Shown: positions 62,774 to 64,000 of the stretch, in pieces
Position numbering within the stretch: position 1 is the stretch's first letter
Layout of the letters: each line of letters opens with the position of its first letter
Origin: Gammaproteobacteria bacterium
GTDB taxonomy: Bacteria; Pseudomonadota; Gammaproteobacteria; Pseudomonadales; PIVM01
Assembly: GCA_003353945.1 (NCBI GenBank)
Contig: PIVM01000017.1
Coordinates: 430-64,429 of the forward strand
DNA length: 64,000 nucleotides
Reading direction: 5' to 3'
The notes under the pieces: model-generated
The model's database searches: none
What the model was told of the DNA's origin: nothing
Seen by the model: only the letters and a program-made list of their open reading frames with translations
Program-made: the position numbers and the translations under genes

Positions 62774-63952
62774 TTATCGCCGGATTTGTGTGTTCTTTAT
62801 CGTCACAGTAGAGTTTGCAATCACTTTCATGCCTTCTACGGCCATGGGTAAATTAGACACCACAATGCGATCACCGGTTTGAATGGGGCCGCTAACCAAC
62901 ACTTGCTGCGCATCTGCCTGTAATACGTTGACGGGCTTAAAATGCAGCCGATCATCAGCATCAAGCACCAATAGTTGACGGTCAACCTGCAGCGCTCGAC
63001 GTGGCAGGCTCACTACATTATCTACCATGCGTCCTGCAATCATCGCTTCGACAAACATGCCGATGCCAAGAGGAGGTTTACCCGGTTCATCGGGAGTAAA
63101 AGGATCGGCGACCTTCGCAATGACATACAAAACCCGACTGTCGACGTCAACGCTGGCTTCAGTGCGCACGAGTTGCCCTTGCCATTGATAACGCTTGCCT
63201 GCATAGTCGCTGCTCAACGTGACCAAGGGGTGCGGCTTGCGTTGATCTTTCTGGTGTTGAGGAAGGTCAAGAAGTGCCGCCTGCTTGTCGGTGAGCGGCA
63301 GTCTGATGTCAACGGAATTAGTGGAGAACACTTTGGCGATGCGGCTACCGGCAGTGACGTATTGGCCTGTATCAACGTACTTTTCAAGAACTCGACTGTT
63401 AAAAGGAATGCGAATTTCCGTTCTCTTCAAATTAAGCTCGGCTTGATTCACGTCGGCCTGTGCCGCCAGTAAGTTTGATTTAGCACTTCGTAGTTGCGGT
63501 TCGCGCAAAAACAAGGCGTTGGCATCGTCCTGGCCCAAGTCATGCCATTCTTTCTTGGCTTGCACCGCTCTTGCTCTTTCAGTAGCCAGCAGTTGGCTAG
63601 CTTCGGCCACCTTGGCTTCGGCTCGAATCAATGCAAATCGATAGTCCGCATCCTCTATTTTTAGTAAAAGATCCTCTTTTTGAAAAAAAGCCCCCTCTGC
63701 AAAGTTTGCATCGGTGCCTTGCACTAAACCGGCAACTTGCGTCACCACATCGATTTCCTTATGTGGTTGTACCGTACCCTGAGTTTTCACGTGAAGTTGT
63801 AGCGATTCAGGCGTGGCAACCATAACATCGACCATGGGTAGCGGAGGTGGTTCTGCTGCACGGGGTTGGGGTTTGGGTTTTGCTGTGGCCAGCAAAGTGC
63901 TAATAGCTATTCCGAGGACAAATATGGTAATGGCAGCAACGATTTTTTTCAT
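62774..63952 (-). CDS. RND efflux periplasmic adaptor (membrane fusion protein, HlyD-like)
   Basis: 392 aa. N-terminal membrane anchor, coiled-coil hairpin (AEAKVAEASQLLATERARAVQAKK...LLAAQADVNQAELNLKRTEI) and beta-barrel domains. It lies 7 nt upstream of the RND permease. Confidence 0.88.
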   Translation of the reverse strand: MKKIVAAITIFVLGIAISTLLATAKPKPQPRAAEPPPLPMVDVMVATPESLQLHVKTQGTVQPHKEIDVVTQVAGLVQGTDANFAEGAFFQKEDLLLKIEDADYRFALIRAEAKVAEASQLLATERARAVQAKKEWHDLGQDDANALFLREPQLRSAKSNLLAAQADVNQAELNLKRTEIRIPFNSRVLEKYVDTGQYVTAGSRIAKVFSTNSVDIRLPLTDKQAALLDLPQHQKDQRKPHPLVTLSSDYAGKRYQWQGQLVRTEASVDVDSRVLYVIAKVADPFTPDEPGKPPLGIGMFVEAMIAGRMVDNVVSLPRRALQVDRQLLVLDADDRLHFKPVNVLQADAQQVLVSGPIQTGDRIVVSNLPMAVEGMKVIANSTVTIKNTQIRR

Positions 63953-64000
63953 GGAGCCTCAGGCGACGGCGGTAAAATCCAGGCGATACTTTACAACGTA

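Overview
This window reads as a conserved core-genome stretch of a moderate-GC gammaproteobacterium. From memory, its gene order follows the Pseudomonas/Oceanospirillales-type backbone: sahR-metK-ahcY-metF-rsmE; tkt-epd-pgk-fba; serA next to a D-2-hydroxyglutarate-dehydrogenase-like gene; rpiA; ygfA-ssrS-zapA; ygfB-pepP; rppH-ptsP; and psd-rhdA...rsgA-orn-queG-nnr-tsaE-amiB-mutL-miaA-hfq-hflX-hflK-hflC-DUF2065-hisZ-purA. I can support about 60 protein genes, one 6S RNA, one TPP riboswitch in front of thiC-thiO-thiS-thiG, a few hairpins/terminators and two short tandem repeats. I found no tRNA, rRNA, CRISPR array, transposase, integrase or phage gene, and no recognisable defence, toxin or secretion island. 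I therefore do not see a large novel system here; the region is ordinary housekeeping with some local oddities. The main oddities are: (1) the class II aldolase gene fba is both frameshifted and missing about a third of its length, while all neighbouring genes are intact. (2) A SahR-type ArsR/methyltransferase-fold regulator heads the methyl-cycle gene string and has a nested palindrome just upstream. (3) A small cysteine-rich two-CW-like protein is present. (4) Several sub-60-aa candidate genes are missed by the ORF track: a 59-aa lipoprotein and a pair of ATGA-coupled micro-ORFs. (5) An orphan ParA-like ATPase sits inside the conserved psd...orn block. (6) An in-frame 12-nt tandem repeat lies in the mutL linker. 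(7) gcvH occurs without gcvT or gcvP. (8) Two unusually long untranslated intervals remain unexplained. All product calls rest on motifs read directly from the translations plus remembered family knowledge; no database search was run.
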